Below, one piece after another: positions 1 through 10,782 of a DNA stretch of 64,000 nucleotides (positions are counted from its first letter, which is position 1; the number at the start of each line of letters is the position of its first letter). The notes under the pieces were generated by a model. That model was given only the letters and a program-made list of their open reading frames with translations. It searched no databases and had not been told where the DNA came from. The DNA comes from Nanobdellota archaeon (GTDB taxonomy: Archaea > Nanobdellota > Nanobdellia > Woesearchaeales > SM23-78). Where the stretch lies: the NCBI GenBank assembly GCA_018819305.1, contig JAHJQO010000014.1, positions 34,832 to 98,831 on the forward strand. Reading direction: 5' to 3'. A program made the position numbers and the translations under genes.

Positions 1-533
1 AACAAGATAAAGTCAATACAGGACCTAAAAAAGCCCAAGGTATACTTCTTGGAATTAGCATAATTATCATTCTCTGTGGAATTTTTGCTGGTTGTTTTGT
101 GTATTTGAAAAAAATAAAAAAGAGGTCACTGCCAAAACCTAAAAAACCTAAAATAACAAAAAAAACTAAAGTTGAAGAAAAGAAAGGAGAACAGAAGAGC
201 GTAAAAAAAAGTATAGAATCCAAACCCTATGCTGAAAATATCAAAAAATTAGATGAATTTCTGGAGCAAGCAATACCTAAATACCATGACAAAGATAAGA
301 TAGAACAAGCACTTGTTGACAAAGGATGGTCAAAAGAAGTTATTGAAGAGGAAATTGAAAAAATCCAAGAAAAGATTGCTGCTAACTTCATAAACAAAGT
401 CGATCACTTAATAATTGATGCTGTTAAGCAAGGGTATGATAAGGAGAAAATTAAAGAAATGCTCATAAAAAAAGGCGTGAACAAGGATTTAGTTCATGAA
501 GAGATTGAAAAGATACTGAAAAAGAAAAAATAA
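1..533 (+). CDS. Membrane-anchored protein, C-terminal part (5' truncated by window)
   Basis: Frame is open from base 3 (QDKVNTGPKKAQGILLGISIIIILCGIFAGCFVYLKK): TM helix, Lys-rich linker, then two copies of a helical module (DKDKIEQALVDKGWSKEVIEE; DKEKIKEMLIKKGVNKDLVHE). Confidence 0.7.
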   Translation, partial: QDKVNTGPKKAQGILLGISIIIILCGIFAGCFVYLKKIKKRSLPKPKKPKITKKTKVEEKKGEQKSVKKSIESKPYAENIKKLDEFLEQAIPKYHDKDKIEQALVDKGWSKEVIEEEIEKIQEKIAANFINKVDHLIIDAVKQGYDKEKIKEMLIKKGVNKDLVHEEIEKILKKKK

Positions 534-570
534 GTAAATTATTTATATCACTGTTCATAAATCTTAATCT

Positions 571-1497
571 ATGATAGGCATAGGTTCAGCAAAAAAACGT
601 ACCAAAGAAAGTTCTTATAAAATTGTCGAATTCTTTAATAGTATTAGTTTTGGACAGGTGTTTTTGTACTGGTTCCTTATAATAATAATTTTTGGTGCAG
701 TATATTTCTTGCTGAGTATGACTCCAAACAACACATTAATGTACCGTGGAGAAATTATTGCTTTTAATAAAGCGGGTTTTATCAATAGCCTTTACTTCTC
801 TTTTATAACCTCCACTTCTCTTGGTTATGGTGATATTGCTCCTCTTGGCATCTGCAAGTTCTTGTCAGGGTTTGAAGTCATGTTAGGCCTTATCATGTAT
901 GGTGTCCTTATTTCGAAAATAGTAGGTGTGAAACAGGAGATTATTCTCGAGGAAGTTTATGATATCAGTTATGAAGAAGTTATTGACAGACTTAGAAGCG
1001 GATTATATCTATTCAGGTCTGATGCTAACAGAATTATTGAAAAAATAGAAACAGGCACTATCAAACAGAGAGAAGTTAGGGATTTATGGATTCTTTTCTC
1101 TAATCTGGACAATAATCTAACCAAGATAAAGCATCTCATGATACCAAAAAAAGTCAATAAATATTACTATAAAAAACTTGATGTTTTCAGGCTTGAGCTC
1201 TTCCTGAACAGCATCCAGCTTTCCATGGACAAGATTGTAGAGTTGCTCAAGGCTCTCCAATCACATGAGCTTAACTGGAAAACAGAGCTGTTATTGACAA
1301 GCATTGACACAGATACCCGACTGGTTAATGATATTATTGAATTCCAGTCAAAAAAGAGCAGTGATAAAAAAGTTGTTGACAAGTTAAAAGAACTTCAAAA
1401 AACTATTGAAGAAATAGAAAAAGAAGTGAACATAAAAGAAATACTTGGAGACAAACAAGACAATAAACAAGATAATAAAGAGAAAAAAACTAAATGA
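571..1497 (+). CDS. Two-TM potassium channel (Ion_trans_2) with long helical cytoplasmic C-terminus
   Basis: SLYFSFITSTSLGYGDIAP pore helix and selectivity filter between two TM helices. Confidence 0.88.
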   Translation: MIGIGSAKKRTKESSYKIVEFFNSISFGQVFLYWFLIIIIFGAVYFLLSMTPNNTLMYRGEIIAFNKAGFINSLYFSFITSTSLGYGDIAPLGICKFLSGFEVMLGLIMYGVLISKIVGVKQEIILEEVYDISYEEVIDRLRSGLYLFRSDANRIIEKIETGTIKQREVRDLWILFSNLDNNLTKIKHLMIPKKVNKYYYKKLDVFRLELFLNSIQLSMDKIVELLKALQSHELNWKTELLLTSIDTDTRLVNDIIEFQSKKSSDKKVVDKLKELQKTIEEIEKEVNIKEILGDKQDNKQDNKEKKTK

Positions 1498-2222
1498 AAA
1501 AGATAGAAAAAAAAGTAAAAGAAAAAAAATTAACAGATTTATCACAAAAATTATATTGGAAAAAGGTTTTTTGTGATAAAAAATTCCTTATCATATTGGG
1601 AATTATTGTTTTATTGATTATTGGTATCATTGTTGGAGCTCTTATTGATCCATGGATTAACTATTATGAAAAAGGGCAGCTTGATGCATACCAAAAAAAG
1701 ATTAATAGTTCTGTTTCTAATGAAGATTTTCTTGAAGAGCTTGTCAATCAGAATATTGAACAGAGAGACAGGATTATGGAGCTTGAAGGCGAAGTTGCAA
1801 ATCAAGGTCTCATTGTCAACTATTTAATGGAAAGACTTAATATGAGCATGGGCTTGCAAACCAATCCATTTAGACGAATTAGCCAAGAGGACATAATGGT
1901 TTATAATGATCGAGTCATCATATATGTAAACAAGGCTTTTCCTGCGGGCTTTACAAAGACAAAGTCAATGTATCCTTTCATAAGAGAAGGAGCATTTGCC
2001 CTGGAAATCATGCCTGAGGGACCTGAAGAGCTCAGAATGGGTGATGTTATTGGTTTTAAATCAAAAGTTTATAATACTACTATCATCCACCGCATCATAG
2101 AGCTGGGTGAAGATGAGCAGGGATGGTATGCAATTACCAAAGGCGACAATAATCCTGCTCCTGACAAAGAAAAAGTGCGCTTTGAAAATGTGCAAGGCGT
2201 ACTGGTTGGACTCATTTATTGA
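1494..2222 (+). CDS. Archaeal-type signal peptidase I (S26) with N-terminal TM and coiled coil
   Basis: SMYP (catalytic Ser), IIHRI (His) and ITKGDNN motifs; ATGA overlap with upstream gene. Confidence 0.75.
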   Translation: MKKIEKKVKEKKLTDLSQKLYWKKVFCDKKFLIILGIIVLLIIGIIVGALIDPWINYYEKGQLDAYQKKINSSVSNEDFLEELVNQNIEQRDRIMELEGEVANQGLIVNYLMERLNMSMGLQTNPFRRISQEDIMVYNDRVIIYVNKAFPAGFTKTKSMYPFIREGAFALEIMPEGPEELRMGDVIGFKSKVYNTTIIHRIIELGEDEQGWYAITKGDNNPAPDKEKVRFENVQGVLVGLIY

Positions 2223-2295
2223 CCGGATTTATCGATATTTATTAAAATTAAATAACATCAACTCGCAGGGATTTAGAGGTGAAGAAACAAAATAG

Positions 2296-2592
2296 GTGAT
2301 TTTAATGAAAAACAAACTTACTTTTTTGTTGGTAGTATTATTGGTAATCAGCATAGTAGTGAATATTTTGCTCTTAATCGCGCCTGGCAAAGACAGAATT
2401 TCTTCATCAGACCCTACTGGTTTTGTAACAACAGAAAATAATGAAAACACTATGTTAGAGCAGGATTTAATTGAGATTAACAAAGAAGAACTTTTTGCAT
2501 GCTGTTCTTTTATTAACAGCAAAGGAGAAGAAGACACTTGTTATGTATTAAAAGACTTTGACTGCGGTTATTGTACTGATTACTGCTCTTAG
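2296..2592 (+). CDS. Small secreted or membrane protein with Cys-rich C-terminus
   Basis: N-terminal hydrophobic helix; CC...C...CGYCTDYC; real start probably the ATG three codons in, using AGGTGA as SD. Confidence 0.6.
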   Translation: MILMKNKLTFLLVVLLVISIVVNILLLIAPGKDRISSSDPTGFVTTENNENTMLEQDLIEINKEELFACCSFINSKGEEDTCYVLKDFDCGYCTDYCS

Positions 2593-2626
2593 ATGGTTTC
2601 GAAGTTTAGAAACAGGATTGATAAAT

Positions 2627-2914
2627 TTATTTTTCTTCTAATTCTTTTATTCTTTTTCTTACTTTAGCAACAAATTTCTTTTGGTCAAACTCTTTCTTTA
2701 TGGCTTTGGCAAGAACATCATCACCAAGAACCTCTAGAATCCAGCGGTAAAAATCATTTTTTTCCTTATTAAGATGATATTCAAAAGTCTTGCTGTCGCA
2801 TGCTTCAACATCATTTACAAGCTCATAGATGTTTCTGACAATAGTTCCATTTGTGAACCAGAAAGCCATGTGCGGCTGTGGAACATCTGAAAGCACTCTA
2901 TTGGGGTCTACCAC
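2627..2914 (-). CDS. DUF5752-like small domain protein
   Basis: FWFTNG..VRNIYEL...TFEYHLNKEKNDFYRWILEVLGD; GAGGTGA SD; paralogous to 20003-20650 and 20719-21102. Confidence 0.75.
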   Translation of the reverse strand: MVDPNRVLSDVPQPHMAFWFTNGTIVRNIYELVNDVEACDSKTFEYHLNKEKNDFYRWILEVLGDDVLAKAIKKEFDQKKFVAKVRKRIKELEEK

Positions 2915-3062
2915 TGAAATCTCACCTCTTATGAACTCTAATAATAATGAATATAAATAATATATATTACTTTATAATATAAATTTTTTGATAATTGATA
3001 ATAAAAAACGAAAGATTTAAGAGACTTAAAAGTCAAAAATTGACTATTAACAGAGAAATTGT

Positions 3063-3809
3063 ATGAAAATGATAAAAAGAGATAGTAAGCCCATAATTGA
3101 ACTTAGAAATGTTTGGAAAATATATCAAATGGGAGTAGTTAAGGTTAATGCTTTATGCAACATGGATTTGGTTGTAAAAAAAGGTGAATTTGTCTCAATT
3201 ATGGGTCCTTCTGGTTCTGGCAAAAGCACTGCAATGAACATGATAGGAGCTCTTGACATACCTACAAAAGGAACTATTCTGCTTGAAGGTCATGATATTG
3301 CTAAAATGACAGAATCCAATCTGGCACAGATAAGAGGCAGGAAAATAGGATTTATATTTCAACAATTTAATCTCATTCCAACACTTAGTGCGCTTGAAAA
3401 CATAACCCTGCCAATGATATTTCAGGGAATTCCAAGCGGGGAAAGAAAAATAAGAGCCAAAAAACTGCTTGAATTGGTGGATTTAGGAGATCGGATTCAT
3501 CACAAGCCTACTGAATTATCTGGAGGGCAGCAGCAAAGAGTAGCAATTGCAAGGGCTTTATCCAACAACCCTGAAGTTATACTTGCTGATGAACCTACTG
3601 GCAATCTTGACTCTAAAACAGGGCAGTCAGTGATAGGATTCCTAAAAAAACTTCATGAGGAAGAAGGAAAAACAATTATCATGGTTACACACGATTTAAA
3701 TGTAGCGAAACATGCTAACAGGACGGAGTATCTTTTAGATGGTAGAATTGTAAAATCTTTGAATAATAATAACCATCATGAACATAAAAAAGTAAGCATA
3801 AAAAGGTGA
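3063..3809 (+). CDS. ABC transporter ATP-binding protein (LolD/MacB type)
   Basis: [39 protein letters not shown]. Confidence 0.95.
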   Translation: MKMIKRDSKPIIELRNVWKIYQMGVVKVNALCNMDLVVKKGEFVSIMGPSGSGKSTAMNMIGALDIPTKGTILLEGHDIAKMTESNLAQIRGRKIGFIFQQFNLIPTLSALENITLPMIFQGIPSGERKIRAKKLLELVDLGDRIHHKPTELSGGQQQRVAIARALSNNPEVILADEPTGNLDSKTGQSVIGFLKKLHEEEGKTIIMVTHDLNVAKHANRTEYLLDGRIVKSLNNNNHHEHKKVSIKR

Positions 3810-5080
3810 ATGAAATGAAGAAAGAATTGAAATTTGTAAGTTTGTTTCTTATTGCAATGCTAGTTATAGTTGTTCCTGCTTTTGCAGTGCAGACTGGATT
3901 CACAACATTTCCACAGATATCTGTAACTTTGATTAATAATGAGCCTGATCCTGTTGCGCCCGGAAGTACAGTTAATATGAAATTCAGAATTGAAAATGAA
4001 GGAGGCGGTCCTGCAGAAGATGTTGAAGCAAAACTTGTACTTAAGCATCCTTTTTCATTTTATGGAGAAGAAGAAGTGAAAAATGTTGGCACTGTTGCCG
4101 GAAGCCAAACTAATGATATTGGTGTACGAGAAGACTGGACTCTTCTTGTTGATTCTGAAGCAATCAGTGGTAACCACATTGTAGAGTTTTGGTACAGGAT
4201 TGACCAAGGATCATGGATAAAATCAGGAGATTACACAGTATCCATCAGAAGCAGGGATGCTGTTCTTGCAATTAATGAGATAAAAACAGACTATGAAAAT
4301 ATAGTTCCTGGTACAAAAACAAAAGTCTCTTTTGTATTGGAAAATCTTGCAGATAATACTTTAATTGACATAAAACTTAAACTAGACATCCTGGCTCAGC
4401 TTACTACATCAACGTCTATTAGTTACAGGGAACTTCCTTTTACTCCTATTGGCTCTGGAAATGAGAAAACCCTGAAAAACCTCATGCCTGGAAAATCACA
4501 AGAAATAGTGTTTGATTTATTCACAGATGCTGATGCAGAGTCAAAGGTTCACAAAGTTCCTTTTACTTTGACATATTCTGATGCAGCAGGAACCAACTTC
4601 ACCAGAGAAGGAATTGTAGGCTTAATTGTTGAATCTTTCCCAGATCTCTCAATTAACATAGAAAGCAATCAAGCCAAAACAGCTGGAGCCAAAGGAATAA
4701 TAGAAATCAAAATTGTGAACAAAGGTTTTAGTGATGTCAAGTTCTTGAATGTCATACTCTCAGAGGGTGATCAGTATGAAATCTTGTCTAATCCAGAAGT
4801 ATACGTTGGAAAGCTTGATTCTGATGACTATGAAACAGCTGACTACACACTTCAGATAAGCAAGCTTGCAAAAGATAAAGTTATGCTACCTCTTACAATT
4901 GATTACAGAGATGCTAATGGCAAGCTTTTCCAAAGAGAAATAGAACTTGATTTTAAAGTAGACAAACCCAAGAGCCCTGTTGTAAGCATAATAATCTGGA
5001 TTATAATTATTATAATAATTGTAGGCGCAATAATCTTAATCAGGAAAAGAAGAAAAAAGCGCAGGGCAATAAAAGACTAA
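3806..5080 (+). CDS. COG1361 S-layer-like Ig-domain protein
   Basis: Signal peptide, EPDPVAPGS motif, repeated beta domains, C-terminal TM with basic tail; typical partner of MacB-type ABC genes. Confidence 0.8.
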   Translation: MNEMKKELKFVSLFLIAMLVIVVPAFAVQTGFTTFPQISVTLINNEPDPVAPGSTVNMKFRIENEGGGPAEDVEAKLVLKHPFSFYGEEEVKNVGTVAGSQTNDIGVREDWTLLVDSEAISGNHIVEFWYRIDQGSWIKSGDYTVSIRSRDAVLAINEIKTDYENIVPGTKTKVSFVLENLADNTLIDIKLKLDILAQLTTSTSISYRELPFTPIGSGNEKTLKNLMPGKSQEIVFDLFTDADAESKVHKVPFTLTYSDAAGTNFTREGIVGLIVESFPDLSINIESNQAKTAGAKGIIEIKIVNKGFSDVKFLNVILSEGDQYEILSNPEVYVGKLDSDDYETADYTLQISKLAKDKVMLPLTIDYRDANGKLFQREIELDFKVDKPKSPVVSIIIWIIIIIIIVGAIILIRKRRKKRRAIKD

Positions 5081-5164
5081 TAAGGACCCTGAAAAAAATT
5101 ACAGGGAAGATTCCTGGATTAAATCTTTTCATATAGACATATAATTAATACTGGAAAACAGAAG

Positions 5165-6391
5165 ATGTTTGCTGATTATCTACGCATAGCTTTAAGAAGC
5201 ATTGCTAAAAGAAGAACAAGAACCTATCTCACAATGATAGGCATTTTCATAGGCATAGCTGCAGTTGTTTCTCTTATGGGACTTGGCCAGGGCTTAAGAG
5301 TTGCTATAACTTCCCAGTTTGGTATTCTTGGAACAGATGTTCTCAGTGTTCGGGCCTCAGGAGCAAGTTTCGGAGGACCGCCAGGCGCAGGAGCATTAAC
5401 TCCTCTTACTAAAGATCTGGTGGACAAAATTGATAGGATAAATGGTGTTGATGTTGCTTTTGCAAGATATATTGAAAGCGGAACCATGGAGTTCAATGAC
5501 GAGCAGGTTATTGGATTCGCTACTTCTATTCCAAGCGGAGATGAAAGAAAAGTGGTTGAGAGAATGCTCAATCTTGAAACAGAGCAAGGTAGATTACTAA
5601 GAGATGATGATGTAAAAGGTATTGTCCTTGGAAATAACTTCAAAAATGACGACACTTTTGGCAGAGGCATTACCTCAGGAGACAGAGTGCTGCTGAATGA
5701 TGTAGAATTCAGGGTTGTTGGAATACTTGAGAAGAAAGGAAGTTTTCTCCTTGACGGAGGAGTATTTTTAAATGAAAAAGCCATGTTTGACTTTCTTGAA
5801 ACAGATGAGGATGAGGTTGATATTATTGCTATAAAAGTAAAAGATGAAAAAGAAATAGATGCTGTACAGAAAAGGATTGAAAACCTGCTTAGAAAAGAAA
5901 GAGATGTTGATGAAGGAGAAGAGGATTTTGAAGTTCAAAGCCCTCAAGCAATGCTTGAATCATTAGACTCCACCTTGTTTGCAGTCCAGCTCTTTGTAAC
6001 AATAATCGCATTAATATCTTTGCTTGTAGGTGGTATTGGTATAATGAACACCATGTACACAGCAGTATTGGAGAGAACCAAAGAAATAGGAATAATGAAA
6101 TCAATAGGAGCAAGGAACAGCACTATATTCACACTCTTTTTTATTGAATCCGGCTTCCTGGGAATGGTCGGAGGAATAATAGGCATAATCCTGGGCATGA
6201 TATTTGCTTATGGCTTGGCAGCTATTGGACGCCTGGCTCTTGGCGCTGATTTAATACAGGCAAGCATAGGATTTGATTTAATCATAGGAGCACTTATCTT
6301 TTCATTTGTAATGGGAACTATATTTGGAGTGATGCCTGCTGTCAGGGCTTCAAAACTAAATCCAGTCGATTCATTAAGACGTGCAAAATAA
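5165..6391 (+). CDS. ABC transporter permease (MacB/FtsX family)
   Basis: RTYLTMIGIFIGIAAVV; GIMNTMYTAVLERTKEIGIMKSIGA. Confidence 0.93.
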   Translation: MFADYLRIALRSIAKRRTRTYLTMIGIFIGIAAVVSLMGLGQGLRVAITSQFGILGTDVLSVRASGASFGGPPGAGALTPLTKDLVDKIDRINGVDVAFARYIESGTMEFNDEQVIGFATSIPSGDERKVVERMLNLETEQGRLLRDDDVKGIVLGNNFKNDDTFGRGITSGDRVLLNDVEFRVVGILEKKGSFLLDGGVFLNEKAMFDFLETDEDEVDIIAIKVKDEKEIDAVQKRIENLLRKERDVDEGEEDFEVQSPQAMLESLDSTLFAVQLFVTIIALISLLVGGIGIMNTMYTAVLERTKEIGIMKSIGARNSTIFTLFFIESGFLGMVGGIIGIILGMIFAYGLAAIGRLALGADLIQASIGFDLIIGALIFSFVMGTIFGVMPAVRASKLNPVDSLRRAK

Positions 6392-6401
6392 GGTATATAA
6401 A

Positions 6402-7613
6402 ATGAACCTAGATGAAATAAATTATTCCTTGAAAAATTTGAGAAGCAGAAAAATGAGAAGCGGTCTTTCTATTCTTTCAATACTCATAGGTATCACATCA
6501 ATCTTTGCTCTTATAAGCTTTGGCATGGGAATACAGAGTTACATGGATACCCTTGCAGAAGACGCAGGAGCAAGTAATCTTTACATACAGCCCAAAGGAG
6601 CAGGTATTCCTGGACTAGATGACAACTTTTTCTTAACCCAAGAGGATATTGATTTCGTTGAAAAAATTAATGGAGTTGACGACATAACAGCAGCATACTT
6701 TAAAGCTGCTGAAATAAAGCACAGAAAACAAACAAAATATTACTTTGCCTTTGGAATGAATATTGATGATCTGGAATTCCTTTTGAAAGGCTTTAATGTT
6801 GAGATAATCAAGGGTAGGGGTTTGAAAAAAGGAGACATGAATAAAGTAGTGCTGGGATATAATTATCAGATTGAAAATAGGATATTCAATAAAGTGGTAA
6901 AAGTTGGAGACAAAATTGAGATTAATGGAGTAGAATTTGAGGTTATTGGATTTTACAGTGAAGTAGGCAATCCCCAGGATGATGCTCAGGCATACCTCAC
7001 ACTTGAAGCATTTGAAGAATTATACCCTGATACAGCAGGAAAATTCGGATTTGTACTTTTAAATGCAGAAAAAGGAGTTGATCCAACCGACCTCGCAGAC
7101 AAGATTACAGACAAGCTAAGAAAATTTAAGGGACAGGAAGAAGGAAAAGAAGACTTCTTTGTCCAGTCTTTTGCAGATATAATGGAAACCTTTGGAAGCA
7201 TAATAAATATTCTTAATGGAATCCTAGTCTTAATAGCCCTTATATCTATAGTTGTGGCTACTGTTAACATAATGAACACCATGTACACAGCAGTATTGGA
7301 GAGAACCAAAGAAATAGGAATAATGAAATCAGTGGGTGCCAGGAACAATAATATCTTGTTCATATTTGTATTTGAATCAGGAGTAATAGGACTGATAGGT
7401 GGAATACTGGGAGTGATAGTTGGGTTTGGCATCGCAAGCATGGGAGGAATAATAGCAGCAACATCAGGTTATAGTATGTTACAGCCAATCTTTCCATGGT
7501 ATCTAATACTTGGGTGCATAGCCTTCTCATCCTTTGTAGGAGCAGGAGCAGGATTAATGCCGGCAATAAGGGCTTCAAAGTTAAAGCCAGTGGATGCACT
7601 GAGGTATGAATAG
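6402..7613 (+). CDS. ABC transporter permease (MacB/FtsX family), second paralog
   Basis: NIMNTMYTAVLERTKEIGIMKSVGA; ends LKPVDALRYE; start placed at ATG 6402. Confidence 0.93.
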   Translation: MNLDEINYSLKNLRSRKMRSGLSILSILIGITSIFALISFGMGIQSYMDTLAEDAGASNLYIQPKGAGIPGLDDNFFLTQEDIDFVEKINGVDDITAAYFKAAEIKHRKQTKYYFAFGMNIDDLEFLLKGFNVEIIKGRGLKKGDMNKVVLGYNYQIENRIFNKVVKVGDKIEINGVEFEVIGFYSEVGNPQDDAQAYLTLEAFEELYPDTAGKFGFVLLNAEKGVDPTDLADKITDKLRKFKGQEEGKEDFFVQSFADIMETFGSIINILNGILVLIALISIVVATVNIMNTMYTAVLERTKEIGIMKSVGARNNNILFIFVFESGVIGLIGGILGVIVGFGIASMGGIIAATSGYSMLQPIFPWYLILGCIAFSSFVGAGAGLMPAIRASKLKPVDALRYE

Positions 7614-7627
7614 GATAAATATTAAAA

Positions 7628-8221
7628 TTATCTTAAATATTTTTCAAATTCTTTATGATTCATTATTACATCTATATTATCACACATACTAATTCGTCCT
7701 TTTCTACTAATATCCGATAATTTAAATCCTGTGTAACCATCATCTAATCTATAATCTAATCTGCAAATTTCTATATCATATTTAATTGAAGATATTGGTT
7801 CTTTGCGTCTATCACTTTCAGCCACGGAGTACCACGGCCGGTCTAGATACCAAGGGATTTCTTTAGAGTCTTTAAACATATTTTCAGGAATGTTTTTTTT
7901 CATTAAATCCATAAAAATATCTTTTTCTTTTGTTCGTTGTTCTAGGGAATTGAAGGTTCTTTTTATTCTCCTAAAATTTCTTTCCCAATAACTATCTCTA
8001 AAACGTACATGAACTAAAAAATGGTTATGTTCGATATTCTGTTCTTCTTGGGCAAGATGAATTTTTATATCATTAAAATGGCCATCATATAATTCAGCGT
8101 GCTTAAGATACTGTTCAATAGATTCGTTGTTATGAAATCGCCTTACCAATTCTTCCTTAGTAACAAATAATTGTTTAATTGACCATATCTGTTGAATAAA
8201 TTCTTTTGTTTTATCATGCAT
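7628..8221 (-). CDS. Hypothetical protein
   Basis: 197-aa ORF with AAGGAG SD before ATG 8221; no motif recognised. Confidence 0.55.
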   Translation of the reverse strand: MHDKTKEFIQQIWSIKQLFVTKEELVRRFHNNESIEQYLKHAELYDGHFNDIKIHLAQEEQNIEHNHFLVHVRFRDSYWERNFRRIKRTFNSLEQRTKEKDIFMDLMKKNIPENMFKDSKEIPWYLDRPWYSVAESDRRKEPISSIKYDIEICRLDYRLDDGYTGFKLSDISRKGRISMCDNIDVIMNHKEFEKYLR

Positions 8222-8339
8222 TCTAACATCTCCTTTATCTAAGATCGTATAGTTGTAACCATACAATTACTTAAATCTTTGTTGTAATATTATCACTACA
8301 ATAATAAAATTTATATATAAGCTCTTCATCCATATTTAT

Positions 8340-9059
8340 ATGAAACCAAAATTACTCCAAAACCTTGGACTTACTAAAAACGAGTCCAAAATATATGTTT
8401 CCCTAGTAAAACTAAAAATTGCTTCTGTTAACGAGTTATCCCGTTCAACAGACGTGCCCAGAGTAAACATTTATGATGTTCTTGAATCATTAAAAGCCAA
8501 AGGCCTTGTTGCTTCTGTAACAAAATCAAACAAAATGTATTTTGAACCAGCAAACCCAGACAGAATAATGGATTTATTTGAAAAAAAGCAGCGAGAAATG
8601 AAGGAAGTCAAAGAACAAATAACTCAACTCTCCGCCGTATTTAAAGAAGGTTCAATAAAGAAAGAAGTGGGTTTGTACAAAGGAAAATTAGGTTTGAAAA
8701 CAGTTCTTAAAGATGTGTTGACATCAAAAACAGAAATTCTTAACTATGGTTCATCAGGAATGTTTCCAAAATTCTACTCTGAATATTTCAATATATGGGA
8801 AGCTCATAGAGTAAGGAACAACATAAAAATGAGAATAGTTGCTTCCAAATCTATAAAAGGAAAAGCTCCAAAAAAGAAATTGCAAACAATAAAACATATC
8901 AATTTAGAGTTTAAAAATCTAACATCAACTTTTGTTTATGAAAATAAAGCCGCAATATTCATGTGGGTAGAAGATCCAATAGCGATCCTAATAGAAAACA
9001 AAGAACTAGCAGATTCACATAGAAACTATTTTGAAGTATTGTGGAAGACAGCGAAATAA
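8340..9059 (+). CDS. TrmB-family transcriptional regulator
   Basis: LGLTKNESKIYVSL...VPRVNIYDVLESLKAKGLV winged HTH plus PLD-like effector domain. Confidence 0.88.
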   Translation: MKPKLLQNLGLTKNESKIYVSLVKLKIASVNELSRSTDVPRVNIYDVLESLKAKGLVASVTKSNKMYFEPANPDRIMDLFEKKQREMKEVKEQITQLSAVFKEGSIKKEVGLYKGKLGLKTVLKDVLTSKTEILNYGSSGMFPKFYSEYFNIWEAHRVRNNIKMRIVASKSIKGKAPKKKLQTIKHINLEFKNLTSTFVYENKAAIFMWVEDPIAILIENKELADSHRNYFEVLWKTAK

Positions 9060-9120
9060 AAAGAATAGTTTTATTAAGACTGTGAATTTATACAAAAAAT
9101 TGGGAACATGAGGTGATTAT

Positions 9121-9657
9121 ATGTCAGAACAAGATTATCTTAAAGATGAATTAGAAGCAATAAAGCTTTCAATTGCAAATGAAATAAAAGTCAGAGATTT
9201 TTATTTAGAACATGCTGGAAAGATAAAAAATAAGCTTGCAAAAAAAACTTTTATTTTTCTTGCAGATGAAGAGCTCAGGCATATTGATGAAATAAAGGCT
9301 TTTGACAAAGCAATTCATGATGGAGCAGAGCCAACTATTGAATCAGGTACAGAAGATGAAGCAATTAACAGAAGCAGAGAATTTTTCTCAACAAGTGCAA
9401 AAGCAATGGCTGAAAAAGTTGTGGCTGAGGATGATGATATTAAAGTTTATGAGTTAGGCTTGGAAATGGAGCTAAAAGGATATGATTTTTACAAGCAGGC
9501 TGCTGAAAAAGCAGAGCATCCAAATGTGAAAAACCTTTTTGAGTTTTTAATGAAAGAAGAAAATGCTCACTATGCATTGATAAGCAATGCAATAAATTAC
9601 CTTAAAAGCCCTGATGATTTTTTCCAAGAACAGGAATCCTGGTTTTTTGAAGGTTGA
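9121..9657 (+). CDS. Ferritin/rubrerythrin-like diiron protein
   Basis: Two E..FY...LxxEExxH repeats (LADEELRH, LMKEENAH); GAGGTGA SD. Confidence 0.88.
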   Translation: MSEQDYLKDELEAIKLSIANEIKVRDFYLEHAGKIKNKLAKKTFIFLADEELRHIDEIKAFDKAIHDGAEPTIESGTEDEAINRSREFFSTSAKAMAEKVVAEDDDIKVYELGLEMELKGYDFYKQAAEKAEHPNVKNLFEFLMKEENAHYALISNAINYLKSPDDFFQEQESWFFEG

Positions 9658-9742
9658 TAATGGATAATAAGGTTCAAATCAACAAAGTTTAAATAAAAAA
9701 CAAGACTATCTCAAAAAGATTAAAAGAGAAAGAGGTTGGGCC

Positions 9743-10780
9743 ATGAACGTAAATAAAGTATCTAAATATGTTTTTATTGGTTTACTTCTCGTATTATTAT
9801 ACCTCACTTTTAAATTAGTTCAGCCATTTTTCACTTACATCTTTCTTGGCTTAATATTAACAATAGCTCTTCATCCTCTCTACAGATGGTTTACACAAAG
9901 AATAAAACATGAAAAAACAAGCAGCATCATCGTTATAATTCTAATATTAATCATACTTATTATTCCTTCATATTTCATCATAACAGCCCTGGTAAAACAA
10001 TCAATAGGATTAATTAATTCTTTTAATGCAGCATCAATAGAAACCATAAACAACTATGTAATAAATATTCTTGGTCCTAGAGCTGATCTTGTAGCTAATT
10101 TCAACAATGTCATACTTGCAATAAGAGATTTTATTTTAAAATCAGCTCCTTCTATTGCAGGTTCTGTTGCTGAAATGACACTAGGAATATTCATAATGTT
10201 CTTTATAATGTATTATGGGTTTGTTGAAGGCAATAACTGGTTTAAACAGCTTAGAATTATTATTCCTTTTAAAAAAAAACATGGTGAAAAACTTGTTCAT
10301 GAAATCAAGAATGTCACTCAGGCTGTTATTTATGGCCAGATATTTATTTCTATCCTGCAGGGACTTTTGGGGGGAATAGGATTTTTTATTGTCGGTATTC
10401 CAAACCCTGTTTTCTGGGGATTTATAATGACTATTCTTGCTTTTTTGCCTGTTATCGGAACAGGTTTTATCTGGGCACCTGCAGCCATAATAGAAATTGC
10501 AAATAGCAATTATTTGGGAGGAATATTTCTATTAATATATGGTTTCTTTATTGTCTCAGGTGTTGATAATATATTAAGACCAAAAATCATATCTGGAAAA
10601 GGTAGAATACATCCAATAGTTGCATTGATTGGTGTGCTTGGAGGGTTAAAAGTTTTTGGATTCCTTGGAATCATTATCGGACCGCTCATCGCAGCTTTGT
10701 TCATCACACTTGTAGGATTTTATTATGAAGATTATGTAAATAAAAAACCAAAACAGCCAAACCCTAAAACAGCGAAATAG
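9743..10780 (+). CDS. AI-2E (PerM) family transporter
   Basis: Multi-TM; FLPVIGTGFIWAP, VDNILRP, GIIIGP motifs. Confidence 0.9.
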   Translation: MNVNKVSKYVFIGLLLVLLYLTFKLVQPFFTYIFLGLILTIALHPLYRWFTQRIKHEKTSSIIVIILILIILIIPSYFIITALVKQSIGLINSFNAASIETINNYVINILGPRADLVANFNNVILAIRDFILKSAPSIAGSVAEMTLGIFIMFFIMYYGFVEGNNWFKQLRIIIPFKKKHGEKLVHEIKNVTQAVIYGQIFISILQGLLGGIGFFIVGIPNPVFWGFIMTILAFLPVIGTGFIWAPAAIIEIANSNYLGGIFLLIYGFFIVSGVDNILRPKIISGKGRIHPIVALIGVLGGLKVFGFLGIIIGPLIAALFITLVGFYYEDYVNKKPKQPNPKTAK

Positions 10781-10782
10781 CA

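Noticed and set aside
5224-7599. Antisense ORFs of 60-186 aa over the permeases, and similar shadow ORFs across the window
   Set aside because: They lie opposite well-supported genes and show no motifs
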